A DNA stretch of 64,000 nucleotides from an uncultured Lentisphaerales bacterium (GTDB lineage Bacteria > Verrucomicrobiota > Kiritimatiellia > RFP12 > CAYQJG01). Location: positions 29,297-93,296 of the forward strand of contig CAYQJG010000001.1 in assembly GCA_964417715.1 (NCBI GenBank), read 5' to 3'. Shown here one piece after another: positions 8,946 to 19,801 of this stretch. Numbering within the stretch: the stretch's first letter is position 1; each line of letters begins with the position of its first letter. Both the position numbers and the translations under genes were made by a program. The notes beneath the pieces are model-generated. The model saw only the letters and a list, made by a program, of their open reading frames with translations, was not told the DNA's origin and ran no database searches.

Positions 8946-10635
8946 ACGCCTGCTCTTCCTCCAACTGCCGCGTCTCGACCCGGACGTGACGTCACCGGGC
9001 GAGAACGTCATGCTTGCGGCGGCCTGTCTCGGCAGCGCGCTGGCACGCGACGCCGAGGGGCGCGCGTGGCAGGTGGTGCCCACGCCGGCGGCACAGGATG
9101 AAGCCGACAACGCCGGTCTGCGCGCAGCCGTCCGGGCGCTGCAACCCGACGTGCTGGCCGCCACCTGCTACCTGTGGAACGTGGAGCGCACGCTGCGCGT
9201 GCTGGCCCTGCTGAAACGCGATCTGCCGGGGGTGTGCGTCATCGTGGGCGGCCCCGAGGTGGCGCTGCGACATCCCCTGCTCTATCGCGCCCGTACACCG
9301 GTCGACCTGGCCGTGGTCGGCGAAGGCGAGGCCGTGTTCCCCTCAATCCTGAGCGCCGTGCGCCGGGGCGTCACCACGGACCTGGACCGCGTCGGGTGGC
9401 GCCACGGACGGGACTGGCGCTGGGGCACGCGCGCCCGGCCGGTTCCGCCGCTGGCGGACCTCGTGCCTCCAGCCGGGCATGCGATCAACCAGCCCGATCC
9501 GCACGGCATGGCCTACCTGGAGACCAACCGGGGGTGCCCGCTGCACTGTGCATTCTGCTGCTACAACCTGCGCCGCCGCGGCTGGAGTTCGCTGCCACCG
9601 GCCGAGGTCGGCCAGCGCATCCGCATCCTGCGCCGCCGCGGCGCACGCGAAATCCGGCTGGTCGACCCGACCTTCAATGCACACCCGCAGTTCGATGCCG
9701 TGGTGGCCGCCATGGCTGCTGCAAACCGCGACCGCAGGGTGGTTTTCTTCGTCGAACTCCGCGCCGAAACGCTGACCGATGCCCAGGCGCAACGCCTCGC
9801 CGCCGCCGGCGTGGCGGAGGCCGAGGTCGGCGTCCAGAGCACCGACGCCGCCGTCCTGGCCGCCATTCACCGCCCCACCTCGCTGGCGCGCGTCGCGCGC
9901 GGCATCGCCTGCCTGCGGCGCCATGGCATCCGACCGACGATCGACTTCATGTACGGCCTGCCGCACCAGGGACTGGACGACCTGACCCGCTCGCTGGACT
10001 GGCTGGCGCGGTTTCCTGATGCGCACCCGCAATTCCTGCCGACGCTGCTGCTGCCGGGCACCGAACTGCGCGACCGCGCGGCCGAACTCGGACTCAAAGC
10101 CCAGTCCCTGCCGCCCTACCGCGTACTGTCCACCGACCGGTTGCGTCCGCGCCAACTGGCCGCCGTGGAAGCGCAGGCTGTGGCGCGACTGGGAGCCTTT
10201 GACACGCCGACCCGGCGCTTTGTCGGCACCCGCCTGCCCGACCTGTTCGCCGAGCGCGTCCGCGCCGACCTCGGCGACCCCGCCTGGCTGCCGCGCGCCG
10301 GCGGCAACCGCCGCGCGGTCATGATCGCCGACGCCGACCTGTTCAGCCGGCGCGATGAACTGGTCGCCCTGATTGCCCGCTGCATCCGTCACGAGCCGGA
10401 CATGCTCTGGCAGTTTGTGCTGGAACCGGATACCGAGGAGCCGTTGGATCTGCTCGACGCGCTGATCGCCGCCATCCGGCGCCTGCCGGGGCACTGGCTG
10501 GACCGGCTGGTCTCGCCTCCCGGCACGCGCCGTCTGGCGGCGCGCCGGGTCATGGTACACCTGCCACGCGGCCGCCGTTTCGCGGCCGACTGGCGTGAAG
10601 CCGCCGAGGCAATCCTAAGCGGGTCGTTTCACTGA
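8938..10635 (+). CDS. B12-binding-domain radical SAM protein
   Basis: An N-terminal cobalamin-binding-like domain is followed by a CPLHCAFC (CX3CX2C) radical SAM motif. The ATG at 8938 overlaps the ychF stop by 8 bp. Confidence 0.75.
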   Translation: MSKRLLFLQLPRLDPDVTSPGENVMLAAACLGSALARDAEGRAWQVVPTPAAQDEADNAGLRAAVRALQPDVLAATCYLWNVERTLRVLALLKRDLPGVCVIVGGPEVALRHPLLYRARTPVDLAVVGEGEAVFPSILSAVRRGVTTDLDRVGWRHGRDWRWGTRARPVPPLADLVPPAGHAINQPDPHGMAYLETNRGCPLHCAFCCYNLRRRGWSSLPPAEVGQRIRILRRRGAREIRLVDPTFNAHPQFDAVVAAMAAANRDRRVVFFVELRAETLTDAQAQRLAAAGVAEAEVGVQSTDAAVLAAIHRPTSLARVARGIACLRRHGIRPTIDFMYGLPHQGLDDLTRSLDWLARFPDAHPQFLPTLLLPGTELRDRAAELGLKAQSLPPYRVLSTDRLRPRQLAAVEAQAVARLGAFDTPTRRFVGTRLPDLFAERVRADLGDPAWLPRAGGNRRAVMIADADLFSRRDELVALIARCIRHEPDMLWQFVLEPDTEEPLDLLDALIAAIRRLPGHWLDRLVSPPGTRRLAARRVMVHLPRGRRFAADWREAAEAILSGSFH

Positions 10636-10642
10636 TCCGTCC

Positions 10643-11422
10643 TCAGTCCACATCGCACAACGCAAACGCGCGGCGCAGCGCCTCGATCGGGTCGCCATGC
10701 GGCTTGAACTCGTGGCCGACAAACAGATCGTACCCGCTGGCGGCGATGGCGCGACAGATGCCGGCGTAATTCAGCTCCTGCGTGTCATCCATGTCGTGGC
10801 GACCGGGGTTGCCGGCTGTGTGGAAGTGACCAATCCAGCGGATGTTCGCCCGGATCGTACGGATCAGGTCGCCCTCCATGATTTGCATGTGGTAGATGTC
10901 GTAGAGCAGTTTGACGCGCGGACTGTTGACGCGCTCGCAGACGGCCACACCCCAGGCCGTGTGATCGCACTGGTAACCGGGATGGTCGACCTTCGAGTTG
11001 AGCAGTTCGACGTTCAGGTTGATGCCGTGCTTCTCGGCATAGGGCGCGACACGCCGCAGGCCGCAGGCCACAGCGTCGATGGCGTCATCTTCCGGCTGGT
11101 GTGGCTGGCGGTTGCCGCTGAAGCAGATTAGGCCGGGAATGCCGCAACGCGCGGCGACGTCGATCGAAACCTTGAGTTCGTCGGCGATCCGGTCGTGGTT
11201 GGCGCGGACGTTCAGGCCGTCGGCCAGCGTACCGTGGCCACAGATGCTGGCCACGATCAGGCCGTGCCGGTGGGCCAGCGCAACCATCTCCTCGAAGTCG
11301 TCGCCACGCGACCATGCCTCCACCGCAACGTACCCCATGCGGGCGGCGGCGGCGAAGATGGCGTCCAGCGCGCGCTCCGGCGTCCGGAACATCGGATAGC
11401 AGACGGATTGGCGAATGCGCAT
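10643..11422 (-). CDS. Xylose-isomerase-like TIM-barrel protein (hydroxypyruvate isomerase / sugar phosphate isomerase-epimerase family)
   Basis: The sequence from MRIRQSVCYPMF to HEFKPHGDPIEALRRAF matches the Hyi/AP-endonuclease-2 fold. Start trimmed to ATG at 11422. Confidence 0.7.
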   Translation of the reverse strand: MRIRQSVCYPMFRTPERALDAIFAAAARMGYVAVEAWSRGDDFEEMVALAHRHGLIVASICGHGTLADGLNVRANHDRIADELKVSIDVAARCGIPGLICFSGNRQPHQPEDDAIDAVACGLRRVAPYAEKHGINLNVELLNSKVDHPGYQCDHTAWGVAVCERVNSPRVKLLYDIYHMQIMEGDLIRTIRANIRWIGHFHTAGNPGRHDMDDTQELNYAGICRAIAASGYDLFVGHEFKPHGDPIEALRRAFALCDVD

Positions 11423-11857
11423 GAACTTGGTCTCCCTGCGACGGTTTCGGTCGCAACACCGCGCGGAAGCATGCCATATCCGGTTGGCGCGCGCCAGCAG
11501 ATCCAGCCCGCACCGCATCCTCCGCTTGAAGCAATCTGGCCATAGTGCTACGTTTGGGGTGTGCGAACGATTCCAGAAGCGCTGGCTGACATCGAGTCCA
11601 CTCAAGACCTGCTTGAGAGGGCCATGAAGCTTTCTGGACTTGTGACAGCCGTCTTCGATGAGTTTCGCCGTTTCAAGTTGGAGGTGACCGATGAAATCGG
11701 CCTCTGATCTCAAGGTTTCGTGGACCTGGGAGGAGTGGCAGCGCAGCCGCGCGACCCGCAAGGCAATCTCCGAGAAGGCTGGCCCCGCCGAAGTGCGGCG
11801 CGGCAGCAGTTCGTCGGACCGACGCCTGCGCACCGCATTTGCCGGGAGGCGCGCACC

Positions 11858-13252
<1,395 letters not shown>

Positions 13253-13257
13253 CCTGA

Positions 13258-14397
13258 CTACACGAGGCGCCGCAGGACCAACAGCGCGGCGGCCAGCAGC
13301 AGGAAGACGACGCCCAACAGCAGTTTGGACGGCACAACGTGCTTCCTGGTCCAGTCGGTCAGCTGCTCGGTCTTCAGTCCGAACGATACCAGCGCCAGAA
13401 CAACCAGCAAGGGCATCACGAAGAGCGCATTGTAGAGCGCCAGCAATCCCCAGGCGGCATACCGTCCCTCGCGACCCATCAGCACGAGTGTCGGGGCGTA
13501 AGTCTGTCCCGAGCACACGCCCTCCAGCACCGTCACCAGGACACCTGCCACCAGGCCGGCCCCGACCACACTGGACACGGTCACGCTGCGGCGCAGCACG
13601 GTGTGGATCCGCCGCTTGATGCCGGCCGGCAGTTGCAGGCTGACATCGGCGGCGCGGCCGGTGTGCGCGTAGCGCCAGGCATCCCGAAAGCTGAGCAGCG
13701 CCAGCACCACCAGCACACCCACGGTCGCCAGCTCAATCACCCGCCTCACCACCAAGAACCCCCGCAGCGCGTGGAGCGCCTCGAGCAACCCGAGTCCGAT
13801 CACAAAGTAGGTCACGTACGAGGCGCCGGCGAACGTCAGTCCCAGCGCCAGTCGCGTCCGACGGCTGGCACCGACTTGGGCCAGAACGGACATGAAGAAC
13901 ACGAGGGTCGTGATCGCGCAGATGTTCAGACCGTCGGCAAGTCCGGCCAGAACAACGGCGCCCAGCGTGAAATCGGCATAGCGCCGGGCCACGGCCGCAT
14001 CAGCCGGTGGCACCACAAGCCCACCTGGAACCTCACCCGCCTGTCGCGCGGCGATCGCCGTGACCAGCGCGCGGTCAGCCCCGGCTTCGATCTCGGCCAC
14101 ACCGGCCAGCAGCGTGCGGTTGTCGACCAGCAGGTAGACCGTGGCATTGGCGCGCCGCTTGAAGCGCTCCTCGGTGGCCACGAGCGCCACGTAGTTCGAT
14201 TCCGCGTTCAGGTCGCGTTCGATCAGATCGAACTGGCCCTCGTATCGGGCGGTCAGGTCAGGCAGCACATGCGCTTCAACGTACGCACAATCGGCACATC
14301 CCGGTTCGCGAAAGAAATCGACCCGCACCGGAGACAACGCCGGTTCGGCGCGAACACCTGCCACAAGCAGCGCAGCCCAGGCGAGCAGTCCCATCAT
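13258..14397 (-). CDS. CcdA/DsbD-family thiol-disulfide membrane protein with an N-terminal periplasmic CxxC (CADC) domain
   Basis: Signal peptide MMGLLAWAALLVAGVRA, a CADC motif, then a polytopic domain with conserved Cys residues in two TM helices (…GLNICAITTLV…, …VLEGVCSGQTYAPTL…). Start trimmed to ATG at 14397. Confidence 0.4.
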   Translation of the reverse strand: MMGLLAWAALLVAGVRAEPALSPVRVDFFREPGCADCAYVEAHVLPDLTARYEGQFDLIERDLNAESNYVALVATEERFKRRANATVYLLVDNRTLLAGVAEIEAGADRALVTAIAARQAGEVPGGLVVPPADAAVARRYADFTLGAVVLAGLADGLNICAITTLVFFMSVLAQVGASRRTRLALGLTFAGASYVTYFVIGLGLLEALHALRGFLVVRRVIELATVGVLVVLALLSFRDAWRYAHTGRAADVSLQLPAGIKRRIHTVLRRSVTVSSVVGAGLVAGVLVTVLEGVCSGQTYAPTLVLMGREGRYAAWGLLALYNALFVMPLLVVLALVSFGLKTEQLTDWTRKHVVPSKLLLGVVFLLLAAALLVLRRLV

Positions 14398-14580
14398 GCG
14401 CGTTCGTTTCACGCCGCATGGATACCACAGCGTGCCCGCAGCGTCAACCGGATGGCGATGCATAAGCGAGGCCAAGCAAGCATGCCCGTAAACATGCAAC
14501 CGATTGCCAAAGCCCCACTCGCGGCTGGACGGATTGCATCTGTCCCGCCCTCGTCCATAGCGTCGAGCCATCCACATCCC

Positions 14581-14775
14581 AACCCGCGCGTGCGGGCCGC
14601 ATCAATCACGCTGGCGCGCCGCTCGCAGACCGCGCCGCAGGCCGTCACACGGTCCGCGACGCGGAGTCTATCCATCACCTGTCGATATTATCCCGCCTCT
14701 CGGTCGCCTCGGTCCCTCCCGCCCCGTCGCGGCCCATCTGCACCTTCCGTTCACCGAATCGTGTCACACACGTTG
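14581..14775 (+). repeat. Intergenic direct repeat, copy 1 (~190 bp), left flank of the AT-rich R-M islet
   Basis: Begins AACCCGCGCGTGCGGGCC…CACGCTGGCGCGCCGCTCGCAGACC…GGCCGTCACACGGTCCGCG…CCATCACCTGT. About 85% identical to copy 2 over the first ~100 bp, with similarity continuing for ~190 bp. Confidence 0.6.
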
Positions 14776-14806
14776 TGAGTGAACGGAGAGCGAACCGCGC
14801 AGCGGG

Positions 14807-15751
14807 TCACTCGCACGTTCGACTCACTTGTTGGGTGATGTACTCTGCTCTTTCCTCCAAGAGCATCATCTGCTCTGGCTTTGGTTCCTGCCCATGATTA
14901 TGTTTCTGGATGTTTGCCGGAAAGTTGAAAACCAGCGCCTCAACTACAGACCTACGGTTTTCGATCCTTCCTCCAGAATGGTAGAAATGGTCTCGCGTCA
15001 CGATGTTGAACTTTCTCCAAAGCGAATCAATGAAGGGATTGGAACGATAATCGTTGTGGTGCCAAGTCGAGAGTATGAACCGCGCCGGCGAGGTCGAGAG
15101 GAGCATAAACAGTCTCTCCTCATCCTCTTCCTTCCATCCGCTATAATAGTCAACATAGCGCCCGATGTAGGGCGGATCGCAGTAAATGATGTCGTCTTTG
15201 GTCGCTTCGGCAATGGCCGCCGCGAAATCCTCGACACTGAACGTCCATCCCGACTGGATCAGACACGCAACATCATGCACCTGATTCACGATCTTCGTCA
15301 CGTATGCCGGAGCGAACCGTTCTGGTTTCTGACAAAATGGTATATTCCATCCCCCTTTCCGGTTAAACCTCATCATCCCATTGAACCCGGCACGGGAGAG
15401 AAAGAGGAAATCCAGCGGGTCATGTGACTGGTTAAAACGATCTCTGACGGCTCGGAAGTGCTCGTACCCCTTGTCCGGTGCTTTTTCAAGCAGCGCCCCT
15501 TCACGCTCGAGGTACTCGCGTACACATCTCGGTGTGATCTCGCGGTTCTTGATTGCTTGGTAGAACCGAATGAGGTGGGGGTTGACGTCGCCCAGCAGTG
15601 CCTCGCGAAAACCAGAGTTGAAAGCGACAACTCCGGTTCCGAGGAAAGGTTCAATCCACCGGCCCTTAACGACTGGCACTAGCGCCTGAATCCAAGGCAC
15701 CAACTTCGTCTTAATGCCTTGACTCTTGATCGGGGGGGTAATCACGCGCAT
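14807..15751 (-). CDS. Dam-family (alpha-class) DNA N6-adenine methyltransferase
   Basis: Motif I-like EPFLGTGVVAFN and the catalytic DPPY motif (IIYCDPPYIGRY). It lies in a markedly AT-richer segment than the flanking DNA and overlaps the downstream nuclease gene. Confidence 0.8.
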   Translation of the reverse strand: MRVITPPIKSQGIKTKLVPWIQALVPVVKGRWIEPFLGTGVVAFNSGFREALLGDVNPHLIRFYQAIKNREITPRCVREYLEREGALLEKAPDKGYEHFRAVRDRFNQSHDPLDFLFLSRAGFNGMMRFNRKGGWNIPFCQKPERFAPAYVTKIVNQVHDVACLIQSGWTFSVEDFAAAIAEATKDDIIYCDPPYIGRYVDYYSGWKEEDEERLFMLLSTSPARFILSTWHHNDYRSNPFIDSLWRKFNIVTRDHFYHSGGRIENRRSVVEALVFNFPANIQKHNHGQEPKPEQMMLLEERAEYITQQVSRTCE

Positions 15752-16674
15752 ACTGCCTCGGCGGTTTTAGTCTTCTTCTTCGTTGTCATCGGCACAATCC
15801 TGCGTTTGTCCCCACGTTTGAAGTCGAGAAAGTCCTTGATTGACCTGATCGGAGATGCCTTGCCTCTCTTCAGACGCGAAGTGACTCCGTGGTTCATCCA
15901 GTATTCGTCAAACCACTCCTCCCCGAGTCGAGCGAAGACGCCGTTTCCGCTTAGTATGTCTTCAATCCAAGTGATCGACCCGATGTTTGCGGTGTTGCCA
16001 GAACCTTGCTTGTCGCTTGCGAGACGCCACTTCTCGCAAACAAAGAATTGGAAGTCCCGGACCACGGAAGCAATTGACCGAAGGTTGTCAACAGAAGTCA
16101 CGCTGTAACGATGAGTTGGTTCGGCAACTGGACCATCCTCCAACTCCTTGACATGGACAATTTCAGTGTCGGCCAAGTCCTTTGCCGCAGTTCTCGTGTA
16201 GATGATTCCCAGGCAGAAGTGACCGGAGTACTCCGAATATGGAAATTGGATGTTCTTAGTGGACGTTCGCTCCTTGAAGTAGGCGCCGTGGCTGCCGAGT
16301 GTGAACCCATTTACGTGGCCGGGGAAATCCGGATCGCGGTACGTAGTCTTAAGGTCAACAGCAAACTTGACGGTCTGGTTGCTCTGCTTGACAAAACTGA
16401 AGTCAGGATACCAGTTCTGGTGTTCGGCCAGGACGATCGAATACCCATTGTCCTGGGCGAACTGGAGAATCCTCGGGAAGAGGTGGATCTCAAGGATTTT
16501 GGAGACGATCTTAGTGTCGGAACTGATTGTGTAAATGTTCTTGAAGATGTCGATAAAACCCTTGACCGTCCACTGCCCGTTTTCAGCCGAAACATACCCG
16601 CCAAGTCCCCTAACGAAATCCGTCAGGGCGTCCGAAAACGCTTCCTTTTCCGTCTGTCGCTCTTTGTTGTTCAT
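15742..16674 (-). CDS. Putative Type II restriction endonuclease (PD-(D/E)XK-like), partner of the Dam-family methylase
   Basis: Same strand as the methylase, with a 10-bp overlap, and the same AT-rich composition. A candidate PD…DLK motif (WYPDFSFVKQSNQTVKFAVDLK) is present. Recognition specificity (GATC?) is not determinable from sequence alone. Confidence 0.5.
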   Translation of the reverse strand: MNNKERQTEKEAFSDALTDFVRGLGGYVSAENGQWTVKGFIDIFKNIYTISSDTKIVSKILEIHLFPRILQFAQDNGYSIVLAEHQNWYPDFSFVKQSNQTVKFAVDLKTTYRDPDFPGHVNGFTLGSHGAYFKERTSTKNIQFPYSEYSGHFCLGIIYTRTAAKDLADTEIVHVKELEDGPVAEPTHRYSVTSVDNLRSIASVVRDFQFFVCEKWRLASDKQGSGNTANIGSITWIEDILSGNGVFARLGEEWFDEYWMNHGVTSRLKRGKASPIRSIKDFLDFKRGDKRRIVPMTTKKKTKTAEAVCA

Positions 16675-17190
16675 TTGGTCCTTTTCATCTTCTCACTCAC
16701 CATTGAATAGGTGGCCAGACGCAATCCACCGGTTCGAGGGGGTTAACAGCGCCGATACACACGGTTCATTCTATTCTGAAGAACGGTACGAGGTCAAACT
16801 CCCGTGACAACAACTCACAACTTGCGTACCGGCAATAACTTACGAGTCTGCCGCCCCGACGAATGGCGCAGTTCGCGATAGTGACGTCATGCCCGGCCAG
16901 GCGGTGCGTAACGGCCGGACGCGATCCACGGGTGAAACGATATGAGTTCGACGCAAGCCACTGACCTGCATGACGTTGACTCCTATTGGAAAGTCGGAAT
17001 CTGGTGGACGACAGGCACCGCCCCCACTTCCTGCGATGGCTCCAACGGTTCCTGTCGGGGCCTTGGGTGCCTATTCCGATGGTTTAGCGGGGTCAAGCGG
17101 GAGTTCTCGGCCCAAAACTGCGAGAGTTGGGCGCGACACCTGTTCACGCGGCGCACTCGGGGCTCGCGCTCTGGATCGGACGAATCGCTC

Positions 17191-17375
17191 AACCCGCGCG
17201 TGCGGGCCTCAGCCGTCACGCTGGCGCGCCGCTCGCAGACCCGGCGCGGGCCGTCACACGGTCCGCGCCGAGGATTCCATCACCTGTTGCGTTTGCCTCG
17301 CGCGTCGTTCGCGTCGTTTCGCCCCGTCCAGTTGTGGTCCATCTGCGCCTTCAGCACCCACTCACGCAAGTACTT
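17191..17375 (+). repeat. Intergenic direct repeat, copy 2, right flank of the R-M islet, ~105 bp upstream of the next + strand gene
   Basis: Homologous to copy 1 and to copy 3 across ~185 bp. A separate 23-bp match (AAACTGCGAGAGTTG-GCGCGA) at 17117 recurs at 20795. Confidence 0.6.
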
Positions 17376-17479
17376 CTCACAAGACCGGAACGGGCGACGC
17401 CCCCGTTGACACCCGTCCCGATTCCTGCTAGCTCTATGTCCACATATCCGGCGCAACCCGTCAAGGAACCTGACCTGCC

Positions 17480-18658
17480 ATGTCCCCTTCATCCAGTACC
17501 GTATCGTCGCGCTTCGCGCACGTCACGCTCGTCGACCCCGCCAGCACGTTCATCGCTCCGGACGTGGACGCCGCCCGGATCGCACCCGGCAGCGTGATCC
17601 ATCCGGGCTGCCGGTTGTCGGGGGCCACGCTGTCGATCGGCCCCGGCTGCATCCTCGGCGAGGAGGGACCGCTCACCGTGCGCGACTGCCAGTTGGGCGC
17701 ACGGGTACGGCTGGGTGGCGGCTTCTTCGACCATGCCACGCTACTGGATGATGTCAGCGGCGGCAACGACGCACACGTACGTCCCGGCTGTCTGTTCGAG
17801 GAAGCCGTCACGTTCGGACACGCCGCCGGTTTCAAGCAGACGATCCTGCTGCCGTTCGTCACGACCGGCAGCCTGATCAACTTCTGCGATTGCCTGATGG
17901 CGGGCGGCACCAGCCGCCGCAACCATTCCGAGGTCGGGTCGTCCTTCGTGCACTTCAACTACACGCCTCATCAGGACAAGGCCACCGCTTCGCTGATCGG
18001 CGACGTCGCGCACGGCGTCCGGCTCGATCAGGCGCCCATCTTCCTCGGCGGTCAGGGCGGTCTCGTCGGGCCCATCCGCATCGCGTACGGAACAGTGCTC
18101 GCGGCCGGCCAGATCACCCGGCGGGACGTGACCCAGGCCGACCGGCTGATCCTGGCACCCGGCGGGTCGCCCATCGACCGGCCTCACGCGCCCGGCCGGC
18201 GCAGCGGCCTGGGCCGTGTTGTGGCCAGCAACCTGATCTACATCGGCAACCTGCTCGCTCTCGATCAGTGGTACCGTCACGTGCGCGTGCCCCGCCTGGC
18301 GGGCGCGCCCTGGCAAGCGGCCTGTTGCATGGGCGCGCTGTCCCGGCTGAGCGAAGCCTGTGAGGAACGCCTGAAGCGTCTCGACGAACTGGTTGCGTCG
18401 GTCGCCGCCCGACCCGACGCCGATGCATCGGGCAGCCGCCTGGCCGCCGGCTGGCCGGCTATCCGGCACGCCCTGGCGGATCACATCGCCGCGCGTACAC
18501 GCACCCCCGCGCCCGCGTGGGCCGTGGCCGCGCTTCAGATCATACCTGACGGCGACTACCTCCGCGGCGTCCAAAGCCTGCCGGCTGAGGTGAAGTCGGC
18601 CATCACGGCCGGACTCCAGTCGCGGGTCGACGACGTCGCGTCCCTGTGGCAGGTGTAG
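17480..18658 (+). CDS. Left-handed beta-helix (hexapeptide-repeat) protein, putative acyl/acetyltransferase (GlmU-C/LpxD-like fold)
   Basis: Multiple imperfect hexapeptide repeats (…VRLGGGFFDHATL…IFLGGQGGLVGPIRIAYGTVLAAGQ…). ATG at 17480. Confidence 0.55.
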   Translation: MSPSSSTVSSRFAHVTLVDPASTFIAPDVDAARIAPGSVIHPGCRLSGATLSIGPGCILGEEGPLTVRDCQLGARVRLGGGFFDHATLLDDVSGGNDAHVRPGCLFEEAVTFGHAAGFKQTILLPFVTTGSLINFCDCLMAGGTSRRNHSEVGSSFVHFNYTPHQDKATASLIGDVAHGVRLDQAPIFLGGQGGLVGPIRIAYGTVLAAGQITRRDVTQADRLILAPGGSPIDRPHAPGRRSGLGRVVASNLIYIGNLLALDQWYRHVRVPRLAGAPWQAACCMGALSRLSEACEERLKRLDELVASVAARPDADASGSRLAAGWPAIRHALADHIAARTRTPAPAWAVAALQIIPDGDYLRGVQSLPAEVKSAITAGLQSRVDDVASLWQV

Positions 18659-18665
18659 CCGCAGC

Positions 18666-19778
18666 CTACACGGCCAAACCGTCGACGAACCGCTGGAAGT
18701 CGCCTTCCTGCTTCTCGATCGAGCGCGCCAGCGCGAACTGGTTGCGGCACCGGCTCAGGTTCTGGTCCGGGCGGTGGATGCGGAAATACACGTCGCCCTG
18801 CAGATAGTCGGTCAGGAACCGCACGCCGCACTCAAACGTCATCAACTTGCCGCTGAAGGCCAGGTGCGCCCGTTCAGCCGGCACGAGGAAGTCGGCGGCC
18901 TCCACGTAGCCGCGCGCCAGCGCCTCGAAGATCTCGCGCCGGCTGTGAACGACCGCACTGTCGCGTTCATCCTCGGCGGCGCTGTTGGTGGCGGCACGCA
19001 CCATGTCGCCGAAATCATAGAGGGCCAGCCCGGGCATGCAGGTGTCGAGGTCGATCACGCAGATGCCCTCGCCCGTGGCCAGGTCGATCAGCACGTTGTT
19101 GATCTTGGTGTCGTTGTGTGTGACGCGCTCGGGGATCTCCTTGCGCGCGCACAGGTCCAGCAGCACACCGGCCCACCCCTCGTGCGCCAGTGCGAAATCG
19201 ATCTCGGCCCTGACCTCGCGGGCGCGGCCATGCGTGTCCTCGCGCACGGCCTGCTTCAGCGCGGCTACGCGGCGCCGGGTATCGTGGAACCCCGGAATGG
19301 TCTCGTTCAGGCGCGCGCCGGGCAGGTCCGCCAACAGGCGCTGGAACCGGGCGAAGGCCCGTGCCGCCTCATAGGCATCGGACGGCCGGTTGACGCGATC
19401 GACCGTGTGCACGCCGTCGACGTAGACGTACATCCGCCAGCACAACCCCGATTCGTCCGTATGGTAACAGCCGCCCTCGCAGGTCGGCACGAGCTGGATG
19501 GCGCGTCGCGAGGGATCCTCGGCGCATTCGCGTTCCAACCGCCGGCGCGCGTGGCGCGTGATGCCCGTGATGTTGGACATCAGCGCCGCGGGGTCGCGGA
19601 ACACGCGCGTGTTGATGTGCTGAAGCGTGAAGAACACCGTTGGCCCGCCATGGCTGGCCACGACCTTGAATGTGTCGTTGATGTGCCCCGTGCCGAACGG
19701 CTCGGCCGAACGGAAATCGGACCGCGTGTCAAAGCGGTTGAAGATGGACCGCAAATCGTAACCATGTGGAGCCGTCAT
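18666..19778 (-). CDS. APH-family phosphotransferase, probable anomeric sugar kinase (N-acetylhexosamine-1-kinase NahK / AmgK-like)
   Basis: GTGHINDTF N-terminal motif and HNDTKINNVLID / VIDLD catalytic loop of the aminoglycoside-phosphotransferase-like kinase fold. Start trimmed to the ATG preceded by a GAAAGAGGGA SD; the track start is a GTG 9 codons upstream. Confidence 0.6.
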   Translation of the reverse strand: MTAPHGYDLRSIFNRFDTRSDFRSAEPFGTGHINDTFKVVASHGGPTVFFTLQHINTRVFRDPAALMSNITGITRHARRRLERECAEDPSRRAIQLVPTCEGGCYHTDESGLCWRMYVYVDGVHTVDRVNRPSDAYEAARAFARFQRLLADLPGARLNETIPGFHDTRRRVAALKQAVREDTHGRAREVRAEIDFALAHEGWAGVLLDLCARKEIPERVTHNDTKINNVLIDLATGEGICVIDLDTCMPGLALYDFGDMVRAATNSAAEDERDSAVVHSRREIFEALARGYVEAADFLVPAERAHLAFSGKLMTFECGVRFLTDYLQGDVYFRIHRPDQNLSRCRNQFALARSIEKQEGDFQRFVDGLAV

Positions 19779-19801
19779 ACGAACACATCCCTCTTTCTCA
19801 C

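Noticed and set aside
9343-10560. 405-aa minus-strand ORF inside the radical SAM gene, and similar long antisense or alternate-frame ORFs (e.g. 1255..1851, 24085..25455, 25298..26317, 28868..31009, 36390..38000, 40814..42808, 43239..45602, 47319..49112, 50310..52550, 55591..57753)
   Set aside because: Each overlaps a gene with clear family motifs on the opposite strand or in another frame. Their products are Arg/Ala/Gly-rich nonsense typical of GC-rich shadow ORFs.
16718-16745. GGTTCGAGGGGG motif resembling a tRNA T-arm near the right edge of the AT-rich islet
   Set aside because: No complementary T-stem, acceptor stem, D-arm or CCA context could be built around it. It is not a tRNA or a convincing tRNA fragment.
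16942-17431. Two overlapping + strand ORFs (155 and 153 aa) in the 800-bp intergenic region right of the R-M islet
   Set aside because: They lie across the conserved noncoding repeat copy 2 and are Arg/Ser/Gly-rich. They have no SD and no homolog-like features. The region is better explained as noncoding repeat DNA.
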